A DNA stretch of 32,000 nucleotides from an uncultured Actinomycetes bacterium (GTDB lineage: Bacteria; Actinomycetota; Actinomycetes; S36-B12; CAIYMF01): the NCBI GenBank assembly GCA_963843975.1, contig CAWJMG010000001.1, positions 1,200,001-1,232,000 on the forward strand. The letters are read 5' to 3'. How positions within the stretch are numbered: position 1 is the first letter of the stretch; every line of letters starts with the position of its first letter. Below are positions 17,855-27,058 of this stretch, piece after piece. Below the pieces are notes generated by a model. It had not been told where the DNA came from, searched no databases, and saw only the letters and a program-made list of their open reading frames with translations. A program made the translations under genes and the position numbers.

Positions 17855-19707
17855 GAGACGTCCTCTCGCAGAAGGTGTTCGGGGATCTGGACGATGCGGG
17901 CACGGAGGTGCTCGCCGAGGCCCTTGGCCTGCGGATCGAGGCTGGTCGAGTCGGCTACACCACGCCCGAGCCAGCCCCGGATGACGACGTTCACCGCGAG
18001 CAGGTTGGGCAGCACGTGCACGTCGTGCTCGAGGGCGGACGACTCCGGCAGCAGCGTCGTGATGCCGTCCTCGACGAGGAGCTTGGCGAGCCACTCCCAG
18101 CGGAGCCGGTCGAGCTGGTCGTCGCCCGAGCGGCGTACCCACAGGCCGACGTTCGCGTTGCCGCCCTTGTCGCCGCTGCGCGCGCCGATGAACGTGCCGA
18201 GCGGCAGCAGCGGCCCCACGCCTGACATCTGATTCGCGAAGAGGTCGTACGCAGGCTCGATCGTGACGGTGCCGACCGGCCCCCCGGACGGCGTGGTGGC
18301 GACGACCTCGCCGTCGAGGGTGACGGTCTGGGTCACGGTCTCGGCCGGCACGGTGGTCGGCCAGTAGATGCCGTACGGCGTGCCCTCGGCCGGAGGCGCG
18401 GTCGGGAACATGCCCGGGTACGTCGCGAGCGCGCTCTCGACGATCGGCGCGGTGAACGCCTTGCCGACCGCCTTGGGGTCGGCGGCCTTCACGGTGAGCC
18501 GCAGCTCGGCCTGGGCGTCGGCGATGGTGGTGGGGTCCTCGCGGTCGCGGCGCAGCAGGTCGGCGTGCAGCTCGCGCACCCGGAACGTGCTCGCGGCGGC
18601 GAGATCGACCGGCGAGAGCGACTGCGCCTGCTCGAGGGTCACGCCTGCGACTGTGCGCAGCGCGAGGTCGGCCTTGGCCTCGACGTCGAGCCCGGTGAGC
18701 ACGAGGGACGCGGTGTTCTTGAAGCCGCCGAGGGTGTTGACCGCCACCTTGACCGTGGCGGGTGCGGGAAGTCCCCGGACGCCGGAGATCGCGACGCGAT
18801 CGGGTGCGGCCTGCTCGAGCTCGATCGTGCCGAAGTGCGCCGTGACGTCCGGGTTCGCGTACTCAGGACCGCCGATCTCGTACAGCAGCTGGGCGGTGAC
18901 GGTGCCGAGGCTCACGAGACCGCCGGTGCTGTCGTGCTTGCCGATCACACTGCTGCCGTCGTCCGCCACCTCGGCCCACGGGAAGCCCACGTGCTCGAGG
19001 CCGGGCACCTCCGTGAAGAACGCGTAGTTGCCGCCGGTCGCCTGGGCGCCGCACTCGATGACGTGGCCCGCGACCACGGCGCCGGCGAGCCGGTCGAGAT
19101 TCGCGGCGTCGTCGTACGACCAGCCGTGCCACCAGGCCGCGGGACCCACCACGAGCGCGGCGTCGGTGACACGACCGGTGATCACCACGTCGGCGCCGGC
19201 CGCGAGCGCGGCGGTGATGCCGCGGCCGCCGAGGTAGGCGTTGGCCGTGAGGGGCGGCATGCCGAACGACTCGAACGCCTCGCCGGTGTCCAGGTTGGTG
19301 AACGTCTCGCCCGCGGCCTTCAGCTCGTCGAGGCGCGGCATGAGGTCGTCGCCCTCGACGTACGCGATGCGCACGTGGCCGAGGCCGAGCTCGTCGGCCT
19401 TCTCCCGGAGTGCGGCCGCGGCGCCGGCGGGGTCGAGGCCGCCGGCGTTGGACACGACCTTGATGCCGCGATCGAGGCAGGTGCCGAGCACCTGCTCCAT
19501 CTGCGTGAGGAACGTGCGGGCGTAGCCGCTGCCCGCGCCGTGCTTCATCCGCTGCCGCGCGAGGATCAGCATCGTGAGCTCGGCGAGCCAGTCGCCCGTG
19601 AGCACGTCGATCGGCCCGCCCTCGACCATCTCGCGGGCCGCGTCGAGCCGGTCGCCGAAGAACCCCGAGCAGTTCGCGATCCGCACCGGCCGCTTCACGT
19701 CGCTCAT
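17851..19707 (-). CDS. atuA: AtuA-family protein (acyclic terpene utilisation, DUF1446), 618 aa. Biochemical function unknown.
   Basis: MSDVKRPVRIANCSGFFGDRLDAAREMVEGGPIDVLTGDWLAELTM...ANAYLGGRGITAAL..GADVVITGRVTDAAL...GHVIECGAQATGGNY... and C-terminal ...GARSGDKGGNANVGLWVR. The ATG at 19707 overlaps the upstream stop (ATGA). Confidence 0.85.
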   Translation of the reverse strand: MSDVKRPVRIANCSGFFGDRLDAAREMVEGGPIDVLTGDWLAELTMLILARQRMKHGAGSGYARTFLTQMEQVLGTCLDRGIKVVSNAGGLDPAGAAAALREKADELGLGHVRIAYVEGDDLMPRLDELKAAGETFTNLDTGEAFESFGMPPLTANAYLGGRGITAALAAGADVVITGRVTDAALVVGPAAWWHGWSYDDAANLDRLAGAVVAGHVIECGAQATGGNYAFFTEVPGLEHVGFPWAEVADDGSSVIGKHDSTGGLVSLGTVTAQLLYEIGGPEYANPDVTAHFGTIELEQAAPDRVAISGVRGLPAPATVKVAVNTLGGFKNTASLVLTGLDVEAKADLALRTVAGVTLEQAQSLSPVDLAAASTFRVRELHADLLRRDREDPTTIADAQAELRLTVKAADPKAVGKAFTAPIVESALATYPGMFPTAPPAEGTPYGIYWPTTVPAETVTQTVTLDGEVVATTPSGGPVGTVTIEPAYDLFANQMSGVGPLLPLGTFIGARSGDKGGNANVGLWVRRSGDDQLDRLRWEWLAKLLVEDGITTLLPESSALEHDVHVLPNLLAVNVVIRGWLGRGVADSTSLDPQAKGLGEHLRARIVQIPEHLLREDVS

Positions 19708-21842
19708 GCCGTCGCCTCGACGGTCGCGACGACGGTGTGGGCGTCGACGCTCTGGCCCACGCTCACGTGGATCTCGGTCACGGTGCCGGCGGCGTCGGCG
19801 CGGATGGTGTGCTCCATCTTCATCGCCTCGAGCACCACGAGCGCCGCCCCTGCCTCGACCTCGTCGCCCACCGCGACCGCGACATGCGTGACCGTCCCGG
19901 GCACCGGAGTGGTCGGTCCGGCGCCGCCGCCATCGTGACCGGACGCCGCCCAGGCCTCGACCACCTCGAAGCCCGTTGTCCATCCTTCGGAGCGCACGGT
20001 CAGCTCACGGGGCCCACGAGGTTCTGTCGGGCGCTGCTCGAACCACGATGCCGGCCTGGCGTCGTCATCTGCGTCGATGTGCACGGTCGACCGGATCCCG
20101 TCGATCTCCAGCCGGGCGGGCATCCCCGCGAATACCAGCCCGTAGTACGACTCGGTGGTCAGAGTCAGCGTGTCGATGCGCTCGAACCGCTCGTCGGCCG
20201 CGATCGCCTGGGCGGCCACGGACGCGTCCTCCACGTCGAAACCGACGAGGTATGCCGCTCCGGCCCGTCGCCACTCCCGGGCCACGACCACCGTGCGATG
20301 CCCGGTCCCGCTGCGCAGCCTCAGCGTCACCAGCTCGGGGACGCCGGCGACGTTGCGCCATGCCCTCGGGGCCGTCTCGGCAAGGTCGGCATCCCGTGTG
20401 GGCACCACATCACCGAGCACGGCGGCGGCGGCCGCAAGCGCCTGGCACCGGAGAACGTTCGCCGGCGCCGCGGCTCCGACCAGCTCGGGATGCTCCTCGA
20501 GGAAGGCCGTGGTCGTATCGCCCGCGAGGAAGCCTGGTGACTCCAGCAGCGCCGCGAGCATCGCCGCGTTGGTGAGGACGCCGGAGACCATAGAGCCGCG
20601 CAGGAAACGGGCAAGCTCTGCGGCGACGTCGGTGCGGCCATCACCGTGGGCGATCACCTTGGCCAGCATCGGGTCGTAGTGGGAGGAGACCTCCGACTCC
20701 TGCTCGACCGCGCTGTCGACGCGAACGCCCTGGTGCCAGCGGTAGAGGTCCCACGCCCGGAGCGTGCCGGTGCTGGGGAGGTAGCCGTTCGCGGGGTCCT
20801 CGGCGTAGAGGCGGACCTCGATGGCGTGGCCCTCGCGGGCGATCTCGTCCTGCGTCAGCGGCAGTGCCTCGCCACGGGCGACGGCGATCTGCCACTCGAC
20901 GAGATCCAGACCCGTGACCATCTCGGTGACGGGGTGCTCGACCTGCAGGCGGGTGTTCATCTCGAGGAAGAAGAACTCCTGCGCGTCGCCCTCGCCGGCG
21001 ACGAGGAACTCGACCGTTCCTGCACCGACGTAGCCGATCGCGGACGCGAGCGAGAGCGCAGCGGCGTACATCCGCTCGAGCGTTGCCGGCGTCGCGCCCG
21101 GGGACGGCGACTCCTCGACCACCTTCTGGTGCCGGCGCTGGATCGAGCACTCGCGCTCGAAGAGGTGCACGACGCTGCCGTGGGTGTCGCCGAAGACCTG
21201 CACCTCGACGTGCCGCGAGCGCTCGAGGTAGCGCTCGAGGAAGACGGTCGCGTCGCCGAAGGACGACGCCGCCTCACGGCGAGCGCCCTGGACGGCCTCG
21301 ACGAGGTCGCCGGCACCGCGCACGACGCGCATGCCCTTGCCACCGCCACCCGCAGATGCCTTGACCAGCAACGGATATCCGACCTGCTCCCCCGTCGCGA
21401 GCAGGTCGGAGTCCGACACCTCGGCAGCGAGCTCTGCACCCGGCACGAGCGGCACCCCGGCGTCCGCCGCGATGCGCTTGGCCTCGACCTTGAGCGCCAT
21501 CGCGCGCATCGACTCCGGCGTCGGCCCGACCCACACGAGCCCCGCGTCGGCCACGGCCTGCGCGAACTCGGCGTTCTCCGAGAGGAAGCCATAGCCCGGG
21601 TGGATCGCGTCGGCTCCGGTGCGGCGCGCAGCGTCGAGCACCTTCGCCGCATCGAGGTACGACTCGGCGGACGTCATGCCGCCGAGGGCCACGGCGTACG
21701 TCGCCTCGTCCACGAACGGCAGCGCGCGGTCGGGCTCGCTGAAGACGGCGACGGTCTCGATGCCGAGCTCGTCGGCCGTGCGGATGATGCGGCGGGCGAT
21801 CTCGCCGCGGTTGGCGACGAGGAGTCGGGTGATGTCAGGCAT
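19704..21842 (-). CDS. Acyl-CoA carboxylase alpha subunit (biotin carboxylase + BCCP); MCCase/geranyl-CoA carboxylase-like (LiuD/AtuF/AccA).
   Basis: MPDITRLLVANRGEIARRIIRTADELGIETVAVFSEPD...YPLLVKASAGGGGKGMRVV...EMNTRLQVEHPVTE... The C-terminal biotinyl motif is VLEAMKMEH. ATG at 21842. The track ORF upstream extension is shadow sequence. Confidence 0.9.
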   Translation of the reverse strand: MPDITRLLVANRGEIARRIIRTADELGIETVAVFSEPDRALPFVDEATYAVALGGMTSAESYLDAAKVLDAARRTGADAIHPGYGFLSENAEFAQAVADAGLVWVGPTPESMRAMALKVEAKRIAADAGVPLVPGAELAAEVSDSDLLATGEQVGYPLLVKASAGGGGKGMRVVRGAGDLVEAVQGARREAASSFGDATVFLERYLERSRHVEVQVFGDTHGSVVHLFERECSIQRRHQKVVEESPSPGATPATLERMYAAALSLASAIGYVGAGTVEFLVAGEGDAQEFFFLEMNTRLQVEHPVTEMVTGLDLVEWQIAVARGEALPLTQDEIAREGHAIEVRLYAEDPANGYLPSTGTLRAWDLYRWHQGVRVDSAVEQESEVSSHYDPMLAKVIAHGDGRTDVAAELARFLRGSMVSGVLTNAAMLAALLESPGFLAGDTTTAFLEEHPELVGAAAPANVLRCQALAAAAAVLGDVVPTRDADLAETAPRAWRNVAGVPELVTLRLRSGTGHRTVVVAREWRRAGAAYLVGFDVEDASVAAQAIAADERFERIDTLTLTTESYYGLVFAGMPARLEIDGIRSTVHIDADDDARPASWFEQRPTEPRGPRELTVRSEGWTTGFEVVEAWAASGHDGGGAGPTTPVPGTVTHVAVAVGDEVEAGAALVVLEAMKMEHTIRADAAGTVTEIHVSVGQSVDAHTVVATVEATA

Positions 21843-21847
21843 CGCGA

Positions 21848-23464
21848 TCACATCCGGAAGACGCCGTAGGTGTTCGCGCCCTGCACCGGTGCGGAGTGCA
21901 CGGCGGAGAGCGCGATCGACAGGACCGTGCGGGTGTCGCGGGGGTCGATGATGCCGTCGTCCCAGAGACGACCGGTGGCGTAGAGCGCGGTCGACTGCGA
22001 CTCGACCTGCTGCTCGAACGCCTCGCGCATCGGTGCGAAAGCACTGGCGTCGAAGGGCTGTCCAGCCGCCTCGGTGCGCTGCTTCGCGACGATCTCGAGC
22101 ACGCCGCCGAGCTGCTTCGGCCCCATGACCGCGATGCGGTGGTTGGGCCAGGTGAACACGAAGCGCGGGTCGTACGCGCGGCCGCTCATGCCGTAGTTGC
22201 CCGCGCCGTACGACGCGCCGACCATCAGCGTGAGGTGCGGGACGGTGGAGTTCGACACCGCGTTGATGAGCTTGGCGCCGTCCTTGATGATGCCGCCCTG
22301 CTCGTAGCGGGTGCCCACCATGAAGCCGGTGATGTTCTGGATGAACAGGATCGGGACGTCGTGGCGCTCGCAGAGCTGGATGAACTGCGCGCCCTTCTCG
22401 GCCTCCTCGCTGAAGAGGATCCCGTTGTTGGCGAGGATGCCGATCGGGAAGCCGTCGAGGTGCGCCCAGCCCGTGACCAGCGTCGAGCCGTAGAGGGGCT
22501 TGAACTCCTCGAACTCGCTGCCGTCGACGATGCGCGCGATCACCTCGCGCACCTCGAACGGCACCCGCACGTCGGCGCTCGCGATGCCGAGGAGCTCGTC
22601 GGTGTCGTACGCCGGTGCGACGGGCGCCTTCGAGCGGCCCGGCCCGAGCGTGCGCCAGTTGAGGTGGCCGACGATGTCGCGGCCGATGCGCAGCGCATCC
22701 GGCTCGTCGGCGGCGAGGTAGTCGGCGAGGCCGCTGGTGCGCGCGTGCATCTCGGCACCGCCGAGCTGCTCCTCGTCGGCGTCCTCGTCGATCGCCATCT
22801 TCACCAGCGGCGGACCGCCGAGGTAGACCTTCGCGGCGTCCTTCTGCAGGACGACGTAGTCGCTCATGCCCGGCACGTAGGCGCCGCCGGCGGTGGACGA
22901 GCCGAAGACCAGCGTGATCGTCGGGATGCCCGCAGCCGAGAGCCGCGTGAGGTTCTTGAAGCTCGCGCCTCCGGGCACGAAGATCTCGGCCTGCTTGGGG
23001 AGGTCGGCACCGGCCGACTCGGTGAGGCTCACGAGGGGCAGCCGGTTGACGCGCGCGATCTCCATCGCGCGCAGGCCCTTCGCCACGCTGGTCGGGCCCT
23101 GCGCACCGCCCTTGACCGTCGGGTCGTTGGCGCTGATCACGCACTCGACGCCGCGGATGCGGCCGATGCCGCTGACCATGCCGCCGCCGAGCGGGTCGTC
23201 CGTGGCGTAGCCGGCCAGGGGCGAGAGCTCGAGGAACGGCGAGCCGCGGTCGATCAGCAGGCCGATGCGCTCGCGCGGCAGCAGCTTGCCGCGCCCGCGC
23301 AGCTTGGCGACGGCTTTGGCCGCCTTCGCGTCGTCGGCGCTCCCGCCGCCGCGCACGACCTGGGCGGTGAGCGCGTCGATCTCGCCGAGCGCCTCGAGCA
23401 TGGCGGCGCGGTTGTCGGCGTACGCCGGCGAGCGCAGGTCGGCCCTGCTCGCGATCCGTGCCAC
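21848..23464 (-). CDS. Acyl-CoA carboxylase beta subunit (carboxyltransferase); LiuB/AtuC/AccD-like.
   Basis: ...[43 protein letters not shown]...[20 protein letters not shown]...[20 protein letters not shown]...[24 protein letters not shown]. The preferred start is GTG at 23464, with GGAGGGG 6 nt upstream. The track start is ATG at 23512. Confidence 0.9.
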   Translation of the reverse strand: MARIASRADLRSPAYADNRAAMLEALGEIDALTAQVVRGGGSADDAKAAKAVAKLRGRGKLLPRERIGLLIDRGSPFLELSPLAGYATDDPLGGGMVSGIGRIRGVECVISANDPTVKGGAQGPTSVAKGLRAMEIARVNRLPLVSLTESAGADLPKQAEIFVPGGASFKNLTRLSAAGIPTITLVFGSSTAGGAYVPGMSDYVVLQKDAAKVYLGGPPLVKMAIDEDADEEQLGGAEMHARTSGLADYLAADEPDALRIGRDIVGHLNWRTLGPGRSKAPVAPAYDTDELLGIASADVRVPFEVREVIARIVDGSEFEEFKPLYGSTLVTGWAHLDGFPIGILANNGILFSEEAEKGAQFIQLCERHDVPILFIQNITGFMVGTRYEQGGIIKDGAKLINAVSNSTVPHLTLMVGASYGAGNYGMSGRAYDPRFVFTWPNHRIAVMGPKQLGGVLEIVAKQRTEAAGQPFDASAFAPMREAFEQQVESQSTALYATGRLWDDGIIDPRDTRTVLSIALSAVHSAPVQGANTYGVFRM

Positions 23465-23521
23465 GTCACCCCTCCGACCTGCGACGACGCTCGCACCTGA
23501 CGTCGGCGTCACCTGACAGTC

Positions 23522-23536
23522 GCATCAACTTGATGC
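23522..23536. promoter_or_regulatory. 15-bp perfect palindrome GCATCAA-C-TTGATGC upstream of the carboxylase operon. Candidate TetR operator.
   Basis: It is locally AT-rich in a very GC-rich region. It sits 58 nt upstream of the GTG at 23464 (10 nt upstream of the ATG at 23512), in the divergent region shared with the MoeA-like gene. Confidence 0.4.
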
Positions 23537-23646
23537 CGCCGTCAAGCCCTCTGCGCGTCGGAGGTCGGCGCGGGCTCGCGCGTCGCGGGGTGCGGTGTAC
23601 GGCGGAGGCGGGAGGATCGGGGCGTGAGCGACGGGTGGGTGCGGCG

Positions 23647-24825
23647 GTGACCGACGGGCTGGTGAGCTGGAGCCTCGCGCGGCGTGCTGCCCGCGAGGCG
23701 GCCGACTCGTTGCCGGTGGTCTCGGTGCCGCTCGCCGTGGCGGTCGGGTCCGTGCTGGCCGAGCCGCTCGTCGCCACGACCGCGCTCCCGCCGGCCGACG
23801 CCGCCCGCGTCGACGGCTGGGCCGTGAGCGGTCCGGGGCCGTGGGACGTCGTACCCGGGCCGGTCGACCACCTCTCCGACGGCTGCGCCGTGGAGGTCGA
23901 CGCCGGCGGCGTGCTGCCGTTCGGCTCCGACTCCGTGCTGCGCGCCGACCACGCGCTCGTGCTCGACGAGGGCGGCCGCGGCCGCCTGCACGTGGGCGAC
24001 CCTGCCTCCGGGCGGCTCGCGCCGCACGCGGGGTACGTCGAGCCCGGCAGCGACGTGCGTCCGCGTGGCGAGGAGGCCGCCGCGGGCGAGACCCTCCTGC
24101 AGGCCGGCGGCGTCGTGACCCCCGCCGTCGTCGCGCTCGCGGCCTCGGCCGGTCTCGACGAGCTCCCGGTGGTGCGACCGCCGGATGTCGCGATCGTCGT
24201 CCCTGAGCGTGGGCGCGACGTGCTCGGGCCGATGCTGCCCGGCTGGGTCGCGTGGGCGGGCGGGCGCGCGTTCCCGCCGGTCCGCGTGCTCGGCGGTCTC
24301 GACGAGCTGGTCGACACGATCGACGACGCCAACAGCGACGTGATCGTCGTGACCGGTGCGACCTCGACGTCCGACGACGTGCACCGCGCGGTGGCCAGGC
24401 TCTCCGGACGCTGGGTCGTCGACGGCGTCGCCGTACGCCCCGGAACGGCGAGCAGCTTGGCCGTGCTGCCCGACGGACGGCGTGTGGTGTCGCTGCCCGA
24501 GGCGCCGCTCGGCGCGGTCGCCGGCGTTCTGACGCTGCTCGTGCCGCTGCTCGCCGCGCTGCGCGGGGAGTTCGGCGTGGACGAGTCGCGCATCGAGGAG
24601 GCCGTTCTCGACCGCGACGTGCCGCCGGGCCTCGCCGACGCCGAGGGCTGGGTGCGGCTGGTGCCGGTGCAGCGGCGGCGTCACGGGCTCGTGCCGTCGG
24701 CGACGCCGCTGCCGCACGATGGCCCGGCCGCGCTGCGGGGCATCGCGCTCGCGGACGGGGTCGCGGTGGTGGCGTACGGCGCCGGAGCGCACGGCACCGG
24801 CGTCACGGTCCTCCCGCTCCCGTGA
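23647..24825 (+). CDS. MoeA-like molybdopterin-binding protein, divergent or degenerate.
   Basis: ...VPLAVAVGSVLAEPLVATTALPPADAARVDGWAVSG... (MoeA N-domain, DG[YW]AV) and ...SDVIVVTGATSTSDDVHRAVARL...VAVRPGTASSLAVLPDGRRVVSLPEAPLGA (MoCF domain). Start is GTG at 23647 or 23635; the upstream part of track ORF 23458.. looks non-coding. Confidence 0.7.
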   Translation: MTDGLVSWSLARRAAREAADSLPVVSVPLAVAVGSVLAEPLVATTALPPADAARVDGWAVSGPGPWDVVPGPVDHLSDGCAVEVDAGGVLPFGSDSVLRADHALVLDEGGRGRLHVGDPASGRLAPHAGYVEPGSDVRPRGEEAAAGETLLQAGGVVTPAVVALAASAGLDELPVVRPPDVAIVVPERGRDVLGPMLPGWVAWAGGRAFPPVRVLGGLDELVDTIDDANSDVIVVTGATSTSDDVHRAVARLSGRWVVDGVAVRPGTASSLAVLPDGRRVVSLPEAPLGAVAGVLTLLVPLLAALRGEFGVDESRIEEAVLDRDVPPGLADAEGWVRLVPVQRRRHGLVPSATPLPHDGPAALRGIALADGVAVVAYGAGAHGTGVTVLPLP

Positions 24826-24946
24826 CGGCTGGCGACCACCGGGCCCTACCGGCTGTGGACGACGCGCACGGTGAAAGCCGCGTTTGTTGCGCTCTTAGCA
24901 ACGAAGGCCCCCTTCATGTCAAACGGCGTATGGAAGGGTTCGGCGC

Positions 24947-25990
24947 GTGACTGCGTCGGTGCTGCGGCTCCCTGCGCGACGGCTGAGCCCGCTCGCGTCG
25001 ATCCTGCTGCGCATCGGCATCGCGGCGGCGTGCCTCGTCATCACCGCGGTGATCGTGTACGTCGAGCGCGACGGCTATCGCGACATCACCGACGAGCCCA
25101 TCGGCTGGCTCGACGCGTTCTACTACGCGACCGTGTCGCTCTCGACGACCGGCTACGGCGACATCACGCCGTACTCCGACCTCGCGCGGCTCACCAACAC
25201 CCTCGTCATCACCCCGCTGCGGTTCCTCTTCCTCATCGTGCTCGTGGGCACGACCGTCGAGGTGCTCACCACGCGCAGCCGTGACGAGTTCCGCTCCAAC
25301 CGCTGGAGGCAGCGCGTGAACTCCCATACCGTCGTGGTCGGCTTCGGCGTCACCGGTCGCAGCGCCGTCCAGGCGGTGCTCGACCAGGGGACGCCGGTCG
25401 GCCAGATCGTCGTCGTCGACCGCACCCGCCAGGCGATCGACGAGGCGACCACCCTCGGGTGCGTCGGCGTCGTCGGGGATGCCACGCGCGAGGAGGTGCT
25501 GCAGACCGCGGAGGTCGGCAAGGCTGCGCGCGTCGTCGTCGCGACCGACCGCGACGACACCTCGGTGCTCGTCGTCCTCACCGCGCGGCGCCTCTCCACC
25601 AGCGCGACGATCGTCGCGTCGGCCCGTGAGAGCCAGAACATCACCGTGCTGCGGCAGAGCGGTGCGAGCATCGTCATCCCCACCGCGGAGTCCGCCGGCC
25701 GCCTGCTCGGGCTGTCGCTCGCCTCGCCCACCGCGGGCCAGATCGTCGAGGACCTGCTCGAGCCGGTGCAGGGCCTCGAGATCGTCGAGCGGGCGATCAC
25801 GCCGGCCGAGCTCGGCGTGACGCCGCAGTCCCTGCTCGAGCACGGCAGCGTCGTACTGGCTGTCGTGCGCGGCAGCGAGGTGCACCGCTTCGACGACGGC
25901 GTCGTCACCGTCCTGCAGAAGGACGACCGCATCGTCGTGATCCGGCCCAGCGGCTCCGCGGCGCACCCCGTGCAGGGATCGGCGTACTGA
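24947..25990 (+). CDS. Two-TM potassium channel with a C-terminal RCK/TrkA-N domain (MthK/CglK-like).
   Basis: Selectivity filter in YYATVSLSTTGYGDITP. Rossmann-type RCK segment HTVVVGFGVTGRSAVQAVL. GTG start at 24947. Confidence 0.85.
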   Translation: MTASVLRLPARRLSPLASILLRIGIAAACLVITAVIVYVERDGYRDITDEPIGWLDAFYYATVSLSTTGYGDITPYSDLARLTNTLVITPLRFLFLIVLVGTTVEVLTTRSRDEFRSNRWRQRVNSHTVVVGFGVTGRSAVQAVLDQGTPVGQIVVVDRTRQAIDEATTLGCVGVVGDATREEVLQTAEVGKAARVVVATDRDDTSVLVVLTARRLSTSATIVASARESQNITVLRQSGASIVIPTAESAGRLLGLSLASPTAGQIVEDLLEPVQGLEIVERAITPAELGVTPQSLLEHGSVVLAVVRGSEVHRFDDGVVTVLQKDDRIVVIRPSGSAAHPVQGSAY

Positions 25991-25991
25991 C

Positions 25992-26969
25992 GTGCAGGCC
26001 GTCGTGATCAGCGAGCCGGGTGGGCCTGACGTCCTGCAGTGGCAGGAGGTCCCGGACGCCGTCGCCGGTCCGGGCGAGGTGCTCGTGCGCGTGACAGCTT
26101 CTGCCGTCAACCGCGCGGATCTGCTGCAGCGCCAAGGGTTCTACCCACCCCCGCCCGGTTCGTCGCCGTACCCCGGCCTCGAGTGCAGCGGTGTCGTCGC
26201 GGGGCTCGGCGACGGCGTCGGCGGCTGGGCCGTCGGTGACGAGGTGACGGCGCTGCTCTCGGGCGGCGGGTACGCCGAGCTCGTCGCCGTACCGGTTGGG
26301 CAGCTCATGCCCGTGCCCCGCGGCGTACCGCTGCTCGACGCTGCCGGCCTCGCCGAGGTCGCGTGCACGGTGTGGTCGAACGTCGTGATGGACGCCGGTC
26401 TGGCTGCGGGAGAGGTGCTGCTCGTGCACGGAGGCGCCGGCGGCATCGGCACCTTCGCCATCCAGGCTGCGGTCGCGCTGGGCGCGCGGGTGGCCGTCAC
26501 TGCGGGCTCGGCCGAGAAGCTCGAGCGGTGCCGAGAGCTCGGTGCGGACATCCTCGTGAACTACCGCGAGCAGGACTTCGTCGAGGTCGTTCGCGCGGCC
26601 ACGGGCGGCCGGGGTGCGGACGTCGTGCTCGACAACATGGGTGCGGCGTACCTCCAGCGCAACGTCGACGTGCTCGCGACGGGCGGCCGCATCCAGGTGA
26701 TCGGCATGCAGGGCGGTACGAAGGGCGAGATCAACCTCGGCGTGCTCCTCGGCAAGCGCGGCCAGCTGCGCGCCACGACCTTGCGCGCGCGGCCGACGTC
26801 GGAGAAGTCGGCCATCTGTGCCCGCGTGGCTTCGGAGGCCTGGCCGCTCGTCGAGAGCGGTGCGATCCGCACGGTGACCGACCGCGTGATCCCGATGAGC
26901 GACGCCGCCGAGGCGCACCGCGTCATCGAGGCGAGCGAGCACGTCGGCAAGGTCCTGCTCGCCGTCTGA
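25992..26969 (+). CDS. qor: NADPH:quinone oxidoreductase (zeta-crystallin/MDR family).
   Basis: MQAVVISEPGGPDVLQWQEVPDAVAGPGEVLVRVTASAVNRADLLQRQGFYPPPPG.SPYPGLECSGVV...LVHGGAGGIGTFAIQ... The GTG at 25992 is 1 nt after the channel gene's stop. Confidence 0.9.
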   Translation: MQAVVISEPGGPDVLQWQEVPDAVAGPGEVLVRVTASAVNRADLLQRQGFYPPPPGSSPYPGLECSGVVAGLGDGVGGWAVGDEVTALLSGGGYAELVAVPVGQLMPVPRGVPLLDAAGLAEVACTVWSNVVMDAGLAAGEVLLVHGGAGGIGTFAIQAAVALGARVAVTAGSAEKLERCRELGADILVNYREQDFVEVVRAATGGRGADVVLDNMGAAYLQRNVDVLATGGRIQVIGMQGGTKGEINLGVLLGKRGQLRATTLRARPTSEKSAICARVASEAWPLVESGAIRTVTDRVIPMSDAAEAHRVIEASEHVGKVLLAV

Positions 26970-26990
26970 CCCGCCGCAGTCCGAGGGCCG

Positions 26991-27051
26991 CGAGCAACGC
27001 GGATGATGCGACGAACGCGGGCTCGATCCGTCGGATCATTCGAGTTGCTCG
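26991..27051. terminator. Nested imperfect hairpin between convergent qor and the GNAT gene. Possible bidirectional terminator.
   Basis: Outer stem: CGAGCAAC (26991-26998) with GTTGCTCG (27044-27051). Inner stem: ATGATGCGACG (27003-27013) with CGTCGGATCAT (27029-27039), one mismatch. It contains the palindrome GATCCGTCGGATC (27025-27037). Confidence 0.35.
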
Positions 27052-27058
27052 TGACCTC

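Noticed and set aside
23465-23646. A Moco riboswitch upstream of the MoeA-like gene.
   Set aside because: I could not recognise the conserved Moco-motif helices or loops. The region is short and mostly G-rich without convincing nested pairing.
24826-24946. A c-di-AMP (ydaO-type) or other riboswitch upstream of the K+ channel. The region has weak dyads TTGTTGC/GCAACGA and CCTTCAT/ATGGAAGG.
   Set aside because: The 121-nt spacer is too short for the pseudo-symmetric ydaO fold. The dyads are imperfect, and I saw no conserved ACGR/CCC-type cores.
23542-26110. Minus-strand ORFs 23466..24593, 23542..24792 and 24914..26110.
   Set aside because: They are antisense to the MoeA-like, K+ channel and qor genes, and I recognise no motifs in them.
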